64,000 bases of DNA from an uncultured Verrucomicrobiae bacterium. GTDB lineage: Bacteria > Verrucomicrobiota > Verrucomicrobiia > Chthoniobacterales > JAATET01. The stretch's first letter is position 1. Each line of letters starts with the position of its first letter. The translations under genes were made by a program, and so were the position numbers. The stretch is from assembly GCA_963719495.1 (NCBI GenBank), contig CAVRCI010000002.1, positions 672,001 through 736,000 on the forward strand, written 5' to 3'. Below the pieces are notes generated by a model, which was given only the letters and a program-made list of their open reading frames with translations, was not told where the DNA came from and ran no database searches. Positions 51,870 to 61,377 of this stretch are shown here, in pieces.

Positions 51870-53972
51870 ATGAGGATCACGCGTCAGCTGGTTGCCGTCA
51901 TCGTTTTGGTTTCGAGCGGGCTTGGGGGCCGGGCGTTGGCGGATGACTACACGCTCGAGCTGGTTGATCAGACGGGGTTGAACGCCGCGGATTTCTCGAT
52001 CTACGCGATGGGTTTCGCCTACGCGAATGATTTGGTGCTGGGTCCCGCGGGGACGTTCGTGACGCAGAGTTCGGGAACGGTGACGAGTTACAAGGTGGGC
52101 ACCGGGCCGGGCGAGATCAGCCGGATTTTACTCGATCCGGTGAAGCCCTTTACCGGGGGGCGCATCTATTTCTTCATCGCTCCAGCGGGGACGGCCGCGC
52201 CGACGGTGCCGTTTTCTCAGCAACCGACGAATCCACCCAACGCGCCGCCGCCGCCAGCGGTCCCGTTTCCGCCGTATTCGATCCTCGAGATCACCGTGCC
52301 GGCGGCGACTGCGCCCGTACCGCCCGCGATCTTGCCGACGGCCAATCCCGCGACGGCCGACATCCAGACGGTCGATGGATTCATCTTCCCGCTGACGATG
52401 ACGCTCGACGGGCCGACGAACGTGGCGGGCAAGCAATACGGGCAGCCGGTTTACGCGGCGGGTCAGAGTCCGCTCGTCAATCGGGCCGATATTTTCAAAT
52501 CCTACGCGGCCTTCATGGCGGGGGAGGGGGCGCTCGGGAGTGCGTTTGCCGGGCTTACGTTCCAGCCCGGGAGCCTTGCGGGACAGGCCGGAGGCATTCT
52601 CAATCCCGGCGCGTTTCTGACGACCGTGAATCTAAAGAACGAATACCAGAATCTCGCCAGTCCTCTGAACGCGGTCTTCGACGCGGATCTGGCGACGTTG
52701 TTCGGCGCGGCGACGCTCCGGCTTTCCGGCGTCGCCTCGGGGAACGGAAGTTCGGGCGCGCCGATTGCCAAGCAGAATTACACGGCCAGCATCGTGACGG
52801 TCGCCTATCCGGGGACGGCGGTGTTTCTGCCAGCTCTGAGGTTCACCGGCGACACGAACGGCGAGGTGTTCCACGTGTTCAATCCACTGGGAATGGCGGT
52901 GCTCAAGGACGCGGCGGGCGATGGGATCGTCGGGACGATCACGACCGGAGCCGCCCCCGCCCAGTCGGTGCTGACGTTGGCCGCCCCGGTGAGTGGCCTG
53001 TCGGTTGGAATGTACGTTAATGGGGCCGGGCTCGAGCTGGACGGAAAATCGTCGCAGACGCGAATCGCCGCGATCAGCGGCAACGCAATCACGCTGGACA
53101 CACCGAATCAGGCGGTCGGCAACCCGGCGGCGAATTCGCAGTATTCGTTCTCGAAGCTGCCGCAGCTGACGAGCTTCCAGACGCCGGGGCAGATGGTCCT
53201 GGCGAATAGCGGCGTCTTCGCCGACAGCACGGTTCAGGAGGCGGACGGCAGCGCTCGGGCGACGGTGCTCGGGAATCTGGAAAATCAGATCGTGAGCGCG
53301 CTGAACCGCGGGGTCGCGGTGGACGCGACGGCGCTGGATCCTGGTGCCGCGGGCGGGACGTCGGCGGTGTGGGGCGACCAGCGGACGTGGTATCCGGCCG
53401 GGAAGACGCAGAATCTTTTCTCGCTCTTCATGCACGTTGGCCAGAGCAGTGGGGAGCCGATTTTCTTCCGGCCGCTGAACGCCGCGGCGTTCCCGAACGC
53501 GCGGGGTCAGGTGATGGGATCGGCCTATGGGTTCGCCTACGACGAGAATGGCGGACCAGTTGGGCCAGCTCCCGCCGGGCAACCGGAGGTGCCTTCGAAG
53601 TTCGACGGGAACATCCCACCCGGGGCGACGGTTCAGGTCACGTTTGGTCCGTGGAAGGGGGCGGCTGTGCCGAGTCCAACGCCGGTGCCCGTCGCCGCTC
53701 CGGCGGTGAAGGTGAACGGCAAAAAGGTCATTCGGTCGAGCCGGAATCTGGTCAAAATCGGCGGGACGGCGGAGGGGACGCGGCTGAACGTGAAGTTCAA
53801 AAAGAAGCCGGGGAAGGTCGTGACGCGGCGCGTGAAGGTGCGGGGCAATGGCCGCTGGGTTTTCAAACTGCGTCCCAAGTCGAAGACGACGGTGCTGAAA
53901 TTTTACGCGCTGGGTGAGGACGGCGACCGCTCGCGGGTGCGACGGGTGAAGGTGATCGCGACGGGGGAGTGA
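51870..53972 (+). CDS. Secreted GH64/thaumatin-like protein with basic C-terminal domain
   Basis: Signal peptide MRITRQLVAV; GGRIYF, VDGFIFPL, ALNRGVA, NLFSLFMH, AYGFAYDE; Pro linker then K/R-rich domain. Confidence 0.6.
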   Translation: MRITRQLVAVIVLVSSGLGGRALADDYTLELVDQTGLNAADFSIYAMGFAYANDLVLGPAGTFVTQSSGTVTSYKVGTGPGEISRILLDPVKPFTGGRIYFFIAPAGTAAPTVPFSQQPTNPPNAPPPPAVPFPPYSILEITVPAATAPVPPAILPTANPATADIQTVDGFIFPLTMTLDGPTNVAGKQYGQPVYAAGQSPLVNRADIFKSYAAFMAGEGALGSAFAGLTFQPGSLAGQAGGILNPGAFLTTVNLKNEYQNLASPLNAVFDADLATLFGAATLRLSGVASGNGSSGAPIAKQNYTASIVTVAYPGTAVFLPALRFTGDTNGEVFHVFNPLGMAVLKDAAGDGIVGTITTGAAPAQSVLTLAAPVSGLSVGMYVNGAGLELDGKSSQTRIAAISGNAITLDTPNQAVGNPAANSQYSFSKLPQLTSFQTPGQMVLANSGVFADSTVQEADGSARATVLGNLENQIVSALNRGVAVDATALDPGAAGGTSAVWGDQRTWYPAGKTQNLFSLFMHVGQSSGEPIFFRPLNAAAFPNARGQVMGSAYGFAYDENGGPVGPAPAGQPEVPSKFDGNIPPGATVQVTFGPWKGAAVPSPTPVPVAAPAVKVNGKKVIRSSRNLVKIGGTAEGTRLNVKFKKKPGKVVTRRVKVRGNGRWVFKLRPKSKTTVLKFYALGEDGDRSRVRRVKVIATGE

Positions 53973-54194
53973 GGCTTCGGAAGTTTTGTGCGCGCGCCGG
54001 GTTTGGCGATCGGCGAACTGGTCGGAGCGTTTCGGTCTTTCGCCAGATCGCCGTCAAAATCAGCGGTTTGAAAGAGAGTTTCAATCATAAAACGTTGAAG
54101 GAGAATTGGAAACGTCGATAAAAAGATCGCCGGTTTTCCTCGAATTAGCAACCGTTTTAACCGATCGTGACGATAGTTGAATGCCGAAGACGAG

Positions 54195-55427
54195 ATGCAG
54201 CCACCGGAGACAATCGAACTCTACCAAACCGTCGATGCATTCGAACCCTTGCTGCCTGGGCGGGGGAGGATCGAGTTGGCGGAGCTGACCGCGGAAATTT
54301 TTGCGACATCGGGCAAACTCACCTCCGCGCTACCGTCGGCCTGGGTTTGATCCAGGATCGCGGCGCTGGTCCGGGAAATGAACAGCTACTACTCGAATCT
54401 CATTGAGGGTCGTAAGACGTCTCCGCGCGACATCGAGCGTGCCTTGGCGAACGATTTCTCGGCAAGTCCAGCGAAACGCCGCAACCAATTGTTGGGCGTC
54501 GCCTACATCCGCACGGACGAGGCGATGCGGAGGCGACTGGAGTCCGAATGCGAGTTGGATGTCTTCGGAGTCGAATTCATCAAGTGGCTGCATTGCGAAT
54601 TTTTTTCGGCGTTGCCTCCAGAGGAGAGGATCGCCAAATCGAAAAACGGAGAACTTTACGAGATCGAGCCGGGTGAAATTCGCACTTTCAACGTTGATGT
54701 CGGTCGCTACACGCCTCCCAACCACACTTCGCTTGGTGATTTCTTAGAGCGGTTTCGACGCGCGTATTCGAATAACCAAATCCTGGCGACAAACCGGTTG
54801 ATCGCGGCCGCCGCGGCGCATCATCGCCTGGCGTGGATTCATCCCTTTGGCGATGGAAATGGGCGGGTCGCTCGGCTGCAGTCGCAGGCGGCTCTCATTC
54901 GGGCGGGCGTCGATGGGGGTGGCTTGTGGACTCTGTCGCGCGGGCTGGCGAGAGCGCGCGGGGAGTATTATCGGCATTTACAGAATGCTGACTCGAGGCG
55001 GCGCAGTGATCTGGACGGTCGAGGTAATCTAAGCGACTTGGCCTTGGGTGGGTTTTGCAGCTTTTTTCTTCAGCAAGTGCTCGATCAAATGACGTTTATG
55101 CTAGGGTTGATTCGGCCTTTCGACTTGCGGGTGCGGGTCGAGAACTACCTTCGTTTCGTCAGGATGGACTTGGAGCCGACCAAGCGGGAGCATCTTGTCA
55201 GTCTGCTCTCGCGACTGTGCGTCGACGGCGAAATGGTCCGGGGTGACGTTCCGCGATTGCTAGGCGTCAAAGACACGGTTTCCCGGGAGGTCGTTCGGGC
55301 GGCACTCGGGGAAGGGCTGATCGAATCTCCCAGCGCGAAGGGGGTGCTGCGGATCAGTTTTCCGGCGAAAGTCGGGGAGCACTACTTTCCGATGCTCTTT
55401 GTGGATCTGCCCGTGGATGCCGGGTGA
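54195..55427 (+). pseudogene. Fic-family protein (class II-like) with in-frame TGA at 54348; possible restart at 54378
   Basis: MQPPETIELYQ..FEPLLP..SAWV*SRIAALVREMNSYYSNLIEG; Fic motif HPFGDGNGRVAR. Confidence 0.8.
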
Positions 55428-55526
55428 CGCGGGGTTCGGGGGTTGGGGGTGGCTTGGGTGGGGGGAGTGGCGCTTCGCGCTTTGGAACGAGGTGCCGACC
55501 TGGAAGGTCGGCACGGCGACCAGGAT

Positions 55527-55578
55527 GGTCGCGGTCCCCAGGTCGCGGTCCCCGGGTCGCGGTCCCCAGGTCGCGGTG
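55527..55578. repeat. 14-bp tandem repeat GGTCGCGGTCCCCR, about 3.6 copies
   Basis: Read directly; adjacent to hairpin GTGCCGACCTGGAAGGTCGGCAC. Confidence 0.85.
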
Positions 55579-55628
55579 CGCCCGGGTTGACGCGGGGTTC
55601 CGCCGACTTTAGAAGAGCGGCCTTCTTT

Positions 55629-57233
55629 ATGGGTGACCACAAGTTGAATACCCGGGCTTCGGGGGTGGTGGCGGTAGCGGTGATGTGCTCGCGGGTGCTC
55701 GGGCTGGTGCGGGAGATTCTGTTTTCGGCGCTGTTTGGGTCGAAGTTGCTGGGGATTTTCATCGTCGCGTTTCGGGCTCCGAATTTGTTGCGTGATCTCT
55801 TCGCCGAGGGGGCGCTTTCGACGGCGTTCATCACGGTTTTTTCGAAGAAGATCGAGACGGAGGGGCCGAACGCGGCTTGGGGACTGGCGGCCAAGATGTT
55901 GACGCTGGCGACTGTTTTCATGAGCGCGGTGACGGTGTTGGGGGTGGTCTTTGCGGAGCCGCTGATCGATCTGATGGCGGGTGGGTTTGCGCAGGAGAAC
56001 CGGGAGGTCACGATTCTGCTCACGCGCATCATGTTTCCGTTCATTCTGCTGGTGTCCCTGGCGGCGCTGGTGATGGGGATGTTGAATTCGCGGAACGTTT
56101 TCGGCGTGCCGGCGATGGCTTCGAGTTTTTTCAACATCGGGTCGATCGTGGGCGGGCTGGGGCTTGGGTGGTGGCTAGACCCGGCTTTCGGGGAGCGGGC
56201 CTTGATCGGGTTGGCGCTGGGGACGTTGATCGGCGGGTTGCTGCAATTGGTGGTGCAGGTGCCGAGTCTGGGGAAGGTGGGGTTCCGATTCCGGCCTGAC
56301 TTCGCGTGGCGGGATGAGGGTGTGCGGCGGACTTTGACGTTGATGATCCCGTCGGTGATCGCGGCGAGCGCGGTGCAGGTGAACGTGCTGGTGAACACGA
56401 GCTTTGCGACCTACACGCCGGGTGGGCCCTCGGCGGTGACGTGGCTCAACAACTCGTTCCGGCTGATGCAGCTGCCGCTGGGAATCTTTGGCGTGGCGGT
56501 GGCGACGGTGACGTTGCCGGTGGTGTCGCGGATTGCGGCGAGCGGGGATCGGGGTCAATTTGGCCCGACGCTCGGAAAGGCGCTGCGGCTGGCGGTTTTT
56601 CTGACTTTGCCTTCGGCGGTTGGACTTTATTTTTTAGCGCATCCGATCATCGACGTGATTTATCAGCGCGGCGGGTTCCTGCCGGAGGATTCGTTGCAGA
56701 CGGGCTTGGCGCTGCAGCTTTACGCGATGGGGCTGGTGGCCTACGCCGGGATCAAGGTGTTCTCGCCGGCGTTTTACGCGATCGATCGGAAGTGGACGCC
56801 GATGACGGTGAGTTTCGGGTCGATTGCGTTGAACATTGGGCTGAATTACTACCTGATCTTCGTGGCGGGATGGGGTCATCGCGGGCTGGCGCTTTCCACG
56901 GCGGTGTCGGCAACTTTGAATTTTCTCACGCTCTACGTGCTGATGGGTCGGGCGACGGGAAATCTGGAGACCTGGCGGGTTCTCAGTTCGGTCGGGCGGT
57001 GCGTGGTGGCGGCGGCGGGGTTGGGCGCGGTTTGCTGGGGGGCGGTTTGGTGGTTTGGCGAGGCGCTGCTGGTCGGGCCGTTGTTGGTGCGGCTGGCCTT
57101 GATCGGTGGGGTGATCGGGGTGGCGGCGGTCGTGTATGCGGGGCTGTGCTGGGTGCTGCGGGTGGAGGCGATGCGGGACGCGGGAAATGTGGTGAACCGG
57201 AAGCTGGGTCGCGGGCGTAGAAGCGCGTCATGA
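55629..57233 (+). CDS. murJ: Lipid II flippase MurJ/MviN
   Basis: SRVLGLVRE, AFRAPNLLRDLFAEGALS, RLMQLPLGIFG. Confidence 0.97.
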   Translation: MGDHKLNTRASGVVAVAVMCSRVLGLVREILFSALFGSKLLGIFIVAFRAPNLLRDLFAEGALSTAFITVFSKKIETEGPNAAWGLAAKMLTLATVFMSAVTVLGVVFAEPLIDLMAGGFAQENREVTILLTRIMFPFILLVSLAALVMGMLNSRNVFGVPAMASSFFNIGSIVGGLGLGWWLDPAFGERALIGLALGTLIGGLLQLVVQVPSLGKVGFRFRPDFAWRDEGVRRTLTLMIPSVIAASAVQVNVLVNTSFATYTPGGPSAVTWLNNSFRLMQLPLGIFGVAVATVTLPVVSRIAASGDRGQFGPTLGKALRLAVFLTLPSAVGLYFLAHPIIDVIYQRGGFLPEDSLQTGLALQLYAMGLVAYAGIKVFSPAFYAIDRKWTPMTVSFGSIALNIGLNYYLIFVAGWGHRGLALSTAVSATLNFLTLYVLMGRATGNLETWRVLSSVGRCVVAAAGLGAVCWGAVWWFGEALLVGPLLVRLALIGGVIGVAAVVYAGLCWVLRVEAMRDAGNVVNRKLGRGRRSAS

Positions 57234-57982
57234 AGATGTTTCGTTGGGTCGCTGGGGTGGTGCTGGGTGGAATTTTGGCCGTGATGTCGGACGCCGGGGC
57301 GGGGGAGCTGAAGTCGCGGCGGGAAAGTTTCGAAAGCGGCGGGGAGCGGATCAAGGTGGACGTATTCGGGCCGGAGAAGGTGACGCGGGCCGTGATCGTG
57401 CTGCACGGGGCGGGCGGGATGATGTTCGACGGGGGGCAGATGCGGGCGGTGGCGCGGGAACTGGCGGGGGCGGGGATGACGGTTTACGTGGTGAATTACT
57501 TCAATCGGACGGGCGACTGGTTCGTGCTGGGCGACAAGGGTCTCATCGCGGGTTTCGAACCTTGGCTGGCGACCGTGAGGGACGCGGTGGATTGGGTAAG
57601 TGGGAGGGCCGGGGGGAAGCCGGTCGGGGTTTACGGGTATTCGATGGGTGGATTTCTGGGCGTTGCGGCGGCGGCTGGGAATCCGCGGGTGGGGGCGCTC
57701 GTGGAGCAGTCCGGGGGGATTTGGGACAAATTCGACGACGTCGAGGCGGCTCTGCCTCCGACGTTGGTGGCTCACGGGACAGCGGACGAGCGGGTGTATT
57801 TCGAGCGGAACACGGATCGGATCAAAGCGGTCGTGGCGAAGCACGGGACGCCGCTTCGCGTGATGGCGATCGAGGGGGGGAAGCATCGGTTGGATGACAC
57901 GGAGCAGGGGCGGGTGAACGAGGCGGCGGTGGGTTTTTTTGAGCGGTGGCTTGAGGGCGCGCGTCGCGGTGAGGGGGAGTGA
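57230..57982 (+). CDS. Exported alpha/beta hydrolase (dienelactone hydrolase-like)
   Basis: LHGAGG, GYSMGG nucleophile elbow, HGTADERV, terminal GKH. Confidence 0.85.
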   Translation: MKMFRWVAGVVLGGILAVMSDAGAGELKSRRESFESGGERIKVDVFGPEKVTRAVIVLHGAGGMMFDGGQMRAVARELAGAGMTVYVVNYFNRTGDWFVLGDKGLIAGFEPWLATVRDAVDWVSGRAGGKPVGVYGYSMGGFLGVAAAAGNPRVGALVEQSGGIWDKFDDVEAALPPTLVAHGTADERVYFERNTDRIKAVVAKHGTPLRVMAIEGGKHRLDDTEQGRVNEAAVGFFERWLEGARRGEGE

Positions 57983-57999
57983 TTCGCTCCGCGAATTTG

Positions 58000-58118
58000 G
58001 GTTGGGTCGGCGAGTGGGAAGTCGCCGTTCCTTGAGCGATCCGGCTCCCCGGCTTTGCCGGTGTTGCCGGGTGAGGCACCGGGACGGTGCCTCTCGCACG
58101 CGGGGACGCGTGCGCTCC
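58000..58118. repeat. Compound REP-like element homologous to the insert in the tolC 5' end
   Basis: 58000-58035 resembles 41477-41511; 58071-58118 resembles 41550-41597. Confidence 0.85.
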
Positions 58119-58123
58119 CCAGC

Positions 58124-59128
58124 TTAGTTCAGGGCGGTGGCCTTGGTGGGTTTTTCGCCCTTTGCGATTTTTAGGACGTTTTCGATCGTGACTGTGGCGA
58201 TCTGGGTGAGAGCTTCGGCGGTTAGGAAGGCTTGGTGGCTGGTGACCAGGACGTTGGGGAAGGTGAGGAGGTAGGCGAGTTGCTCGTCGTCGAGAATGGC
58301 GTCGGAGTGGTCGGAGTAGAAGTAGGCGTCCTCTTCTTCGTAAACGTCGAGGCAGACTCCGCCGATCTCGTGGGCTCGGAGGGCGGCGATGACGTCGTCC
58401 GTTTTGACCAATTCGCCGCGGCTGGTGTTGACGATGACGGCGGTTTTTTTCATCTGGGCAAGGGTGTCGGCGTTGACGAGGTAGCGGGTGGATTCGACGA
58501 GCGGAGTGTGGAGGGAAAGGACGTCGGATTCGCGCCAGATGGTCTCCAGGTCGGTGAGTTCGACTTCGTGGCGGGCGGCCCATTCGGTGTCGGGTTCCGG
58601 GTCGAAGGCGAGAACGCGGGTGTCGAATCCTCGGAAGATAGTGGCGGCTTTGCGGCCGATCTTGCCGAGGCCGATGATGCCGACCGTCTTGCCGGCGAGG
58701 TCGAAGCCAACGAAGCCGGCGAGGGAGAAGTTGTGGTCGCGGATGCGGTTGTAGGCGCGGTGGATGCGGCGGTTGAGGGCGAGGAAGAGGGCGACGGCGT
58801 GCTCGGCGACGGCGGCGGGCGAGTAGGCGGGGACGCGCGTGACGGTGATGCCGAGCTCGGTCGCGGCTTCGAGGTCGACTTTATTGTATCCGGCGCAGCG
58901 CATGACGATCAGGCGGATGCCGACGGCCTCGAGCGCTTCGAGGCACGCCCGGTCGAGGTGGTCGTGGACGAAGCAGCAGACGGCATCGGCGCCTTCCGCA
59001 ACGGACGCGAGATCGGCGCGGAGCGGGAAGGTGTAGTAGCTGAGGTCGACGCGGCCGTCGGCGATGCGGTCGAAGTATTCCTGGTCGTAGGGCTTGGTGT
59101 CGAAGAAGGCGATGTGGGGCTTGGACAT
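58124..59128 (-). CDS. ldhA: D-lactate dehydrogenase (2-hydroxyacid dehydrogenase)
   Basis: RCAGYNKVD, RVPAYSPAAVAEH, GLGKIG, NTSRG, LDVYEEE, TSHQAF. Confidence 0.93.
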   Translation of the reverse strand: MSKPHIAFFDTKPYDQEYFDRIADGRVDLSYYTFPLRADLASVAEGADAVCCFVHDHLDRACLEALEAVGIRLIVMRCAGYNKVDLEAATELGITVTRVPAYSPAAVAEHAVALFLALNRRIHRAYNRIRDHNFSLAGFVGFDLAGKTVGIIGLGKIGRKAATIFRGFDTRVLAFDPEPDTEWAARHEVELTDLETIWRESDVLSLHTPLVESTRYLVNADTLAQMKKTAVIVNTSRGELVKTDDVIAALRAHEIGGVCLDVYEEEDAYFYSDHSDAILDDEQLAYLLTFPNVLVTSHQAFLTAEALTQIATVTIENVLKIAKGEKPTKATALN

Positions 59129-59219
59129 TTCGGATTGCGGAATTCGGATTGCGGATTGGTGAGATGAGGGAGTTTGACGTTGGGGAGGGTGTCGAGGGAA
59201 GTCGATCTTTCGCCAAAGT

Positions 59220-59235
59220 TGGCGCGTTAATTGCT
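59220..59235 (+). promoter_or_regulatory. Sigma-54 -24/-12 element upstream of rpoN
   Basis: TGGCGCG-TTAA-TTGCT matches TGGCRCG-N4-TTGCW with exact spacing. Confidence 0.75.
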
Positions 59236-59270
59236 TGCTGAATCAGGTTGGGTGCCTAGTGTGTTCCCCG

Positions 59271-60665
59271 ATGGCGGGAATGGATCAGATGCTGGGCTTC
59301 GGCCTGCAGCAGACTTTGTCGCCGCAGATGCAGCAGAGTTTGCACGTGTTGCAGGCTCCGGCGATCGAGTTGCGGTCGCTGGCGGGTCAGGAGCTGCAGG
59401 CGAATCCGGTGTTGGAGGAGGAGGTGCCGGTGAGCGAGGTGGAGGATTCGAACGAGGATTCCTGGGACGATGATCTGGCGGAGGTGAGTCGGCTGGACGA
59501 GCAGTGGAAGGACTACATGCAGCAGTCGGGGGCCTACGAGGGGCGGTCGCAGGAGGCGGAGGAGCGGCGGGAGTTTTTGTTCAATTCGCTGACGGGGCCG
59601 ACGAGTTTGCAGCAGCATCTGGTCGATCAGTTGGGGCTGGCGGACATCTCGGACGAGGACCGGGAGGTGGCGGACGCGATCATCGGCAATCTCAACGAGG
59701 CGGGGTTGCTGGACATCACGGTCGCGGAGCTGGCCGGGCAGACGAATACGCGGGTGGAGCGGGTGGAGGCGGTGCTGCGGGAGGTGCAGGCGTTGGATCC
59801 GGTGGGAGTGGCTTCGCGGGATTTGCGCGAGTGTTTGCTGACGCAGCTGGTTCGGATCGGGAAGGCTGAGAGTCTGGAGGCGCGAATCGTGACGCAATAC
59901 CTCGACGATTTGTTGCGGCGAAAATTCCCCGAAGTCGCACGGCGGCTGGGCGTGGGAGTGCAGGACGTGCAGGCGGCGGCGGACTTCATTGCGACGTTGG
60001 AGCCGCGGCCGGCTCGGCAATTTTCGACCGTCACGCACCAGGTGATTACGCCGGACGTGCTGATCGAGCGGGAGGGCGAGGATTTCACGGTTTCGCTAAA
60101 CAACGACAACGTGCCGATGCTGCGGATCAGCAATTATTACAAGGACCTCCTCTCGGAGCCCGGGAACAAGAAGAACGTCCGGGAATACATCCGCGAGAAG
60201 ATCAAGGGTGGCCGGTTTTTCATCAAATGCATCCAGCAGCGGCAGCAGACGATCATGAACATCGCGCGGGAAATCGTGGAGCGTCAGGGGGATTTTTTGC
60301 GGGTGGGTCCGTCGGCGCTCAAGCCGATGACGATGAATCAGGTGGCGCAAGCGGTCGGGGTGCACGAGACGACGGTGAGCCGGGCGACGCACGGCAAATA
60401 CATGATGACGCCGCAGGGGATCTTCGAGATGAAGTATTTTTTCACGCCGGGGTATCAGACGACCGGCGGCGCGGACATCAGCAACGAGAGCGTGCGGACG
60501 GCGATCGCGGAGGTGGTGGCGGGGGAGGATAAACGGAAGCCGCTGAGCGATCAGTCGATTTTGGGGATTTTGACCGAGCGGGGCATTCCGATCGCGCGGC
60601 GGACGGTGGCCAAGTATCGGGAGCAGTTGGACATCCTGCCTAGTCATTTAAGGAAGACGTTCTGA
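59271..60665 (+). CDS. rpoN: RNA polymerase sigma-54 factor
   Basis: LQQTLSPQMQQSL, VHETTVSR, RpoN box ARRTVAKYRE. Confidence 0.99.
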   Translation: MAGMDQMLGFGLQQTLSPQMQQSLHVLQAPAIELRSLAGQELQANPVLEEEVPVSEVEDSNEDSWDDDLAEVSRLDEQWKDYMQQSGAYEGRSQEAEERREFLFNSLTGPTSLQQHLVDQLGLADISDEDREVADAIIGNLNEAGLLDITVAELAGQTNTRVERVEAVLREVQALDPVGVASRDLRECLLTQLVRIGKAESLEARIVTQYLDDLLRRKFPEVARRLGVGVQDVQAAADFIATLEPRPARQFSTVTHQVITPDVLIEREGEDFTVSLNNDNVPMLRISNYYKDLLSEPGNKKNVREYIREKIKGGRFFIKCIQQRQQTIMNIAREIVERQGDFLRVGPSALKPMTMNQVAQAVGVHETTVSRATHGKYMMTPQGIFEMKYFFTPGYQTTGGADISNESVRTAIAEVVAGEDKRKPLSDQSILGILTERGIPIARRTVAKYREQLDILPSHLRKTF

Positions 60666-60819
60666 TTTTGGATTCTGGATTGGATGAAGCGGGTCGGTTG
60701 GGTTCGGGTGCTTTTTCGTTTCGCCACGGCTCGGCGGGAGCCTCGCCCTCCGGTTGGGGCCCTTCAGGCTGGTGGTTGGGGATTGCGGGGTGGGGTTTGG
60801 GCGCTGTATTGAGCGCGGG

Positions 60820-61377
60820 GTGAATTTAGATTGGCGTGGGTTTGTGGTCGGGGCATGGTTGCTGGTCTTGTGCGGGTGCGCGACTCGCTTGGTGGAGCCA
60901 GTGCCGGGTGGCGTTGGCGCGCGGGTGGTCGCATTGATGGTCGAGCGCCTCGAGTTGGCTCCGCGGGTGGCTTGGGTGAAATACAAGAATGGTTGGCCGA
61001 TCCTCGTTCTCGAGCGGGAGGCGGAGTCGTTGGCGGCTCTCACGGCTCAGGGGGGCGCGGCTGGGGTGTCGGCGGAGGGGATCGACGAGTTTTTCGGGGC
61101 GCAGACGCGGGCTTCGCGAATCGCGCAGGCGGAGCTGGTGCGGACTTGGAGTCGGGGTGGGGAGTTGCCGTCGTATCGGCCGGAGAGTCTGGCCGATGAC
61201 CTGAGGCCGGAGATGGATCGGATCAACGTGGCGTTGCTGCGCGAGTTCTCGGGGGTGGCCGGGCTCGGCGAGGCGGAGCGGGAGACTCTGGCGCGGCAGG
61301 CCATCACCGCGATTCGCGATGCGGGATTCTCGCGGGCGGCGGCGGGTGCGGCGGCGGATTGGGAGCTGGGGCCGTGA
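60820..61377 (+). CDS. Lipoprotein chorismate mutase (AroQ gamma-like)
   Basis: Lipobox LCGC; LMVERLELAPRVAWVKY...PI...ERE; FFGAQ..ASRIAQ; DLRPEMDRIN. Start codon uncertain. Confidence 0.75.
   Translation: MNLDWRGFVVGAWLLVLCGCATRLVEPVPGGVGARVVALMVERLELAPRVAWVKYKNGWPILVLEREAESLAALTAQGGAAGVSAEGIDEFFGAQTRASRIAQAELVRTWSRGGELPSYRPESLADDLRPEMDRINVALLREFSGVAGLGEAERETLARQAITAIRDAGFSRAAAGAAADWELGP

Noticed and set aside
55527..55578. CRISPR array
   Set aside because: Contiguous 14-bp units with no spacers and no cas genes; other repeat clusters also lack repeat-spacer periodicity.
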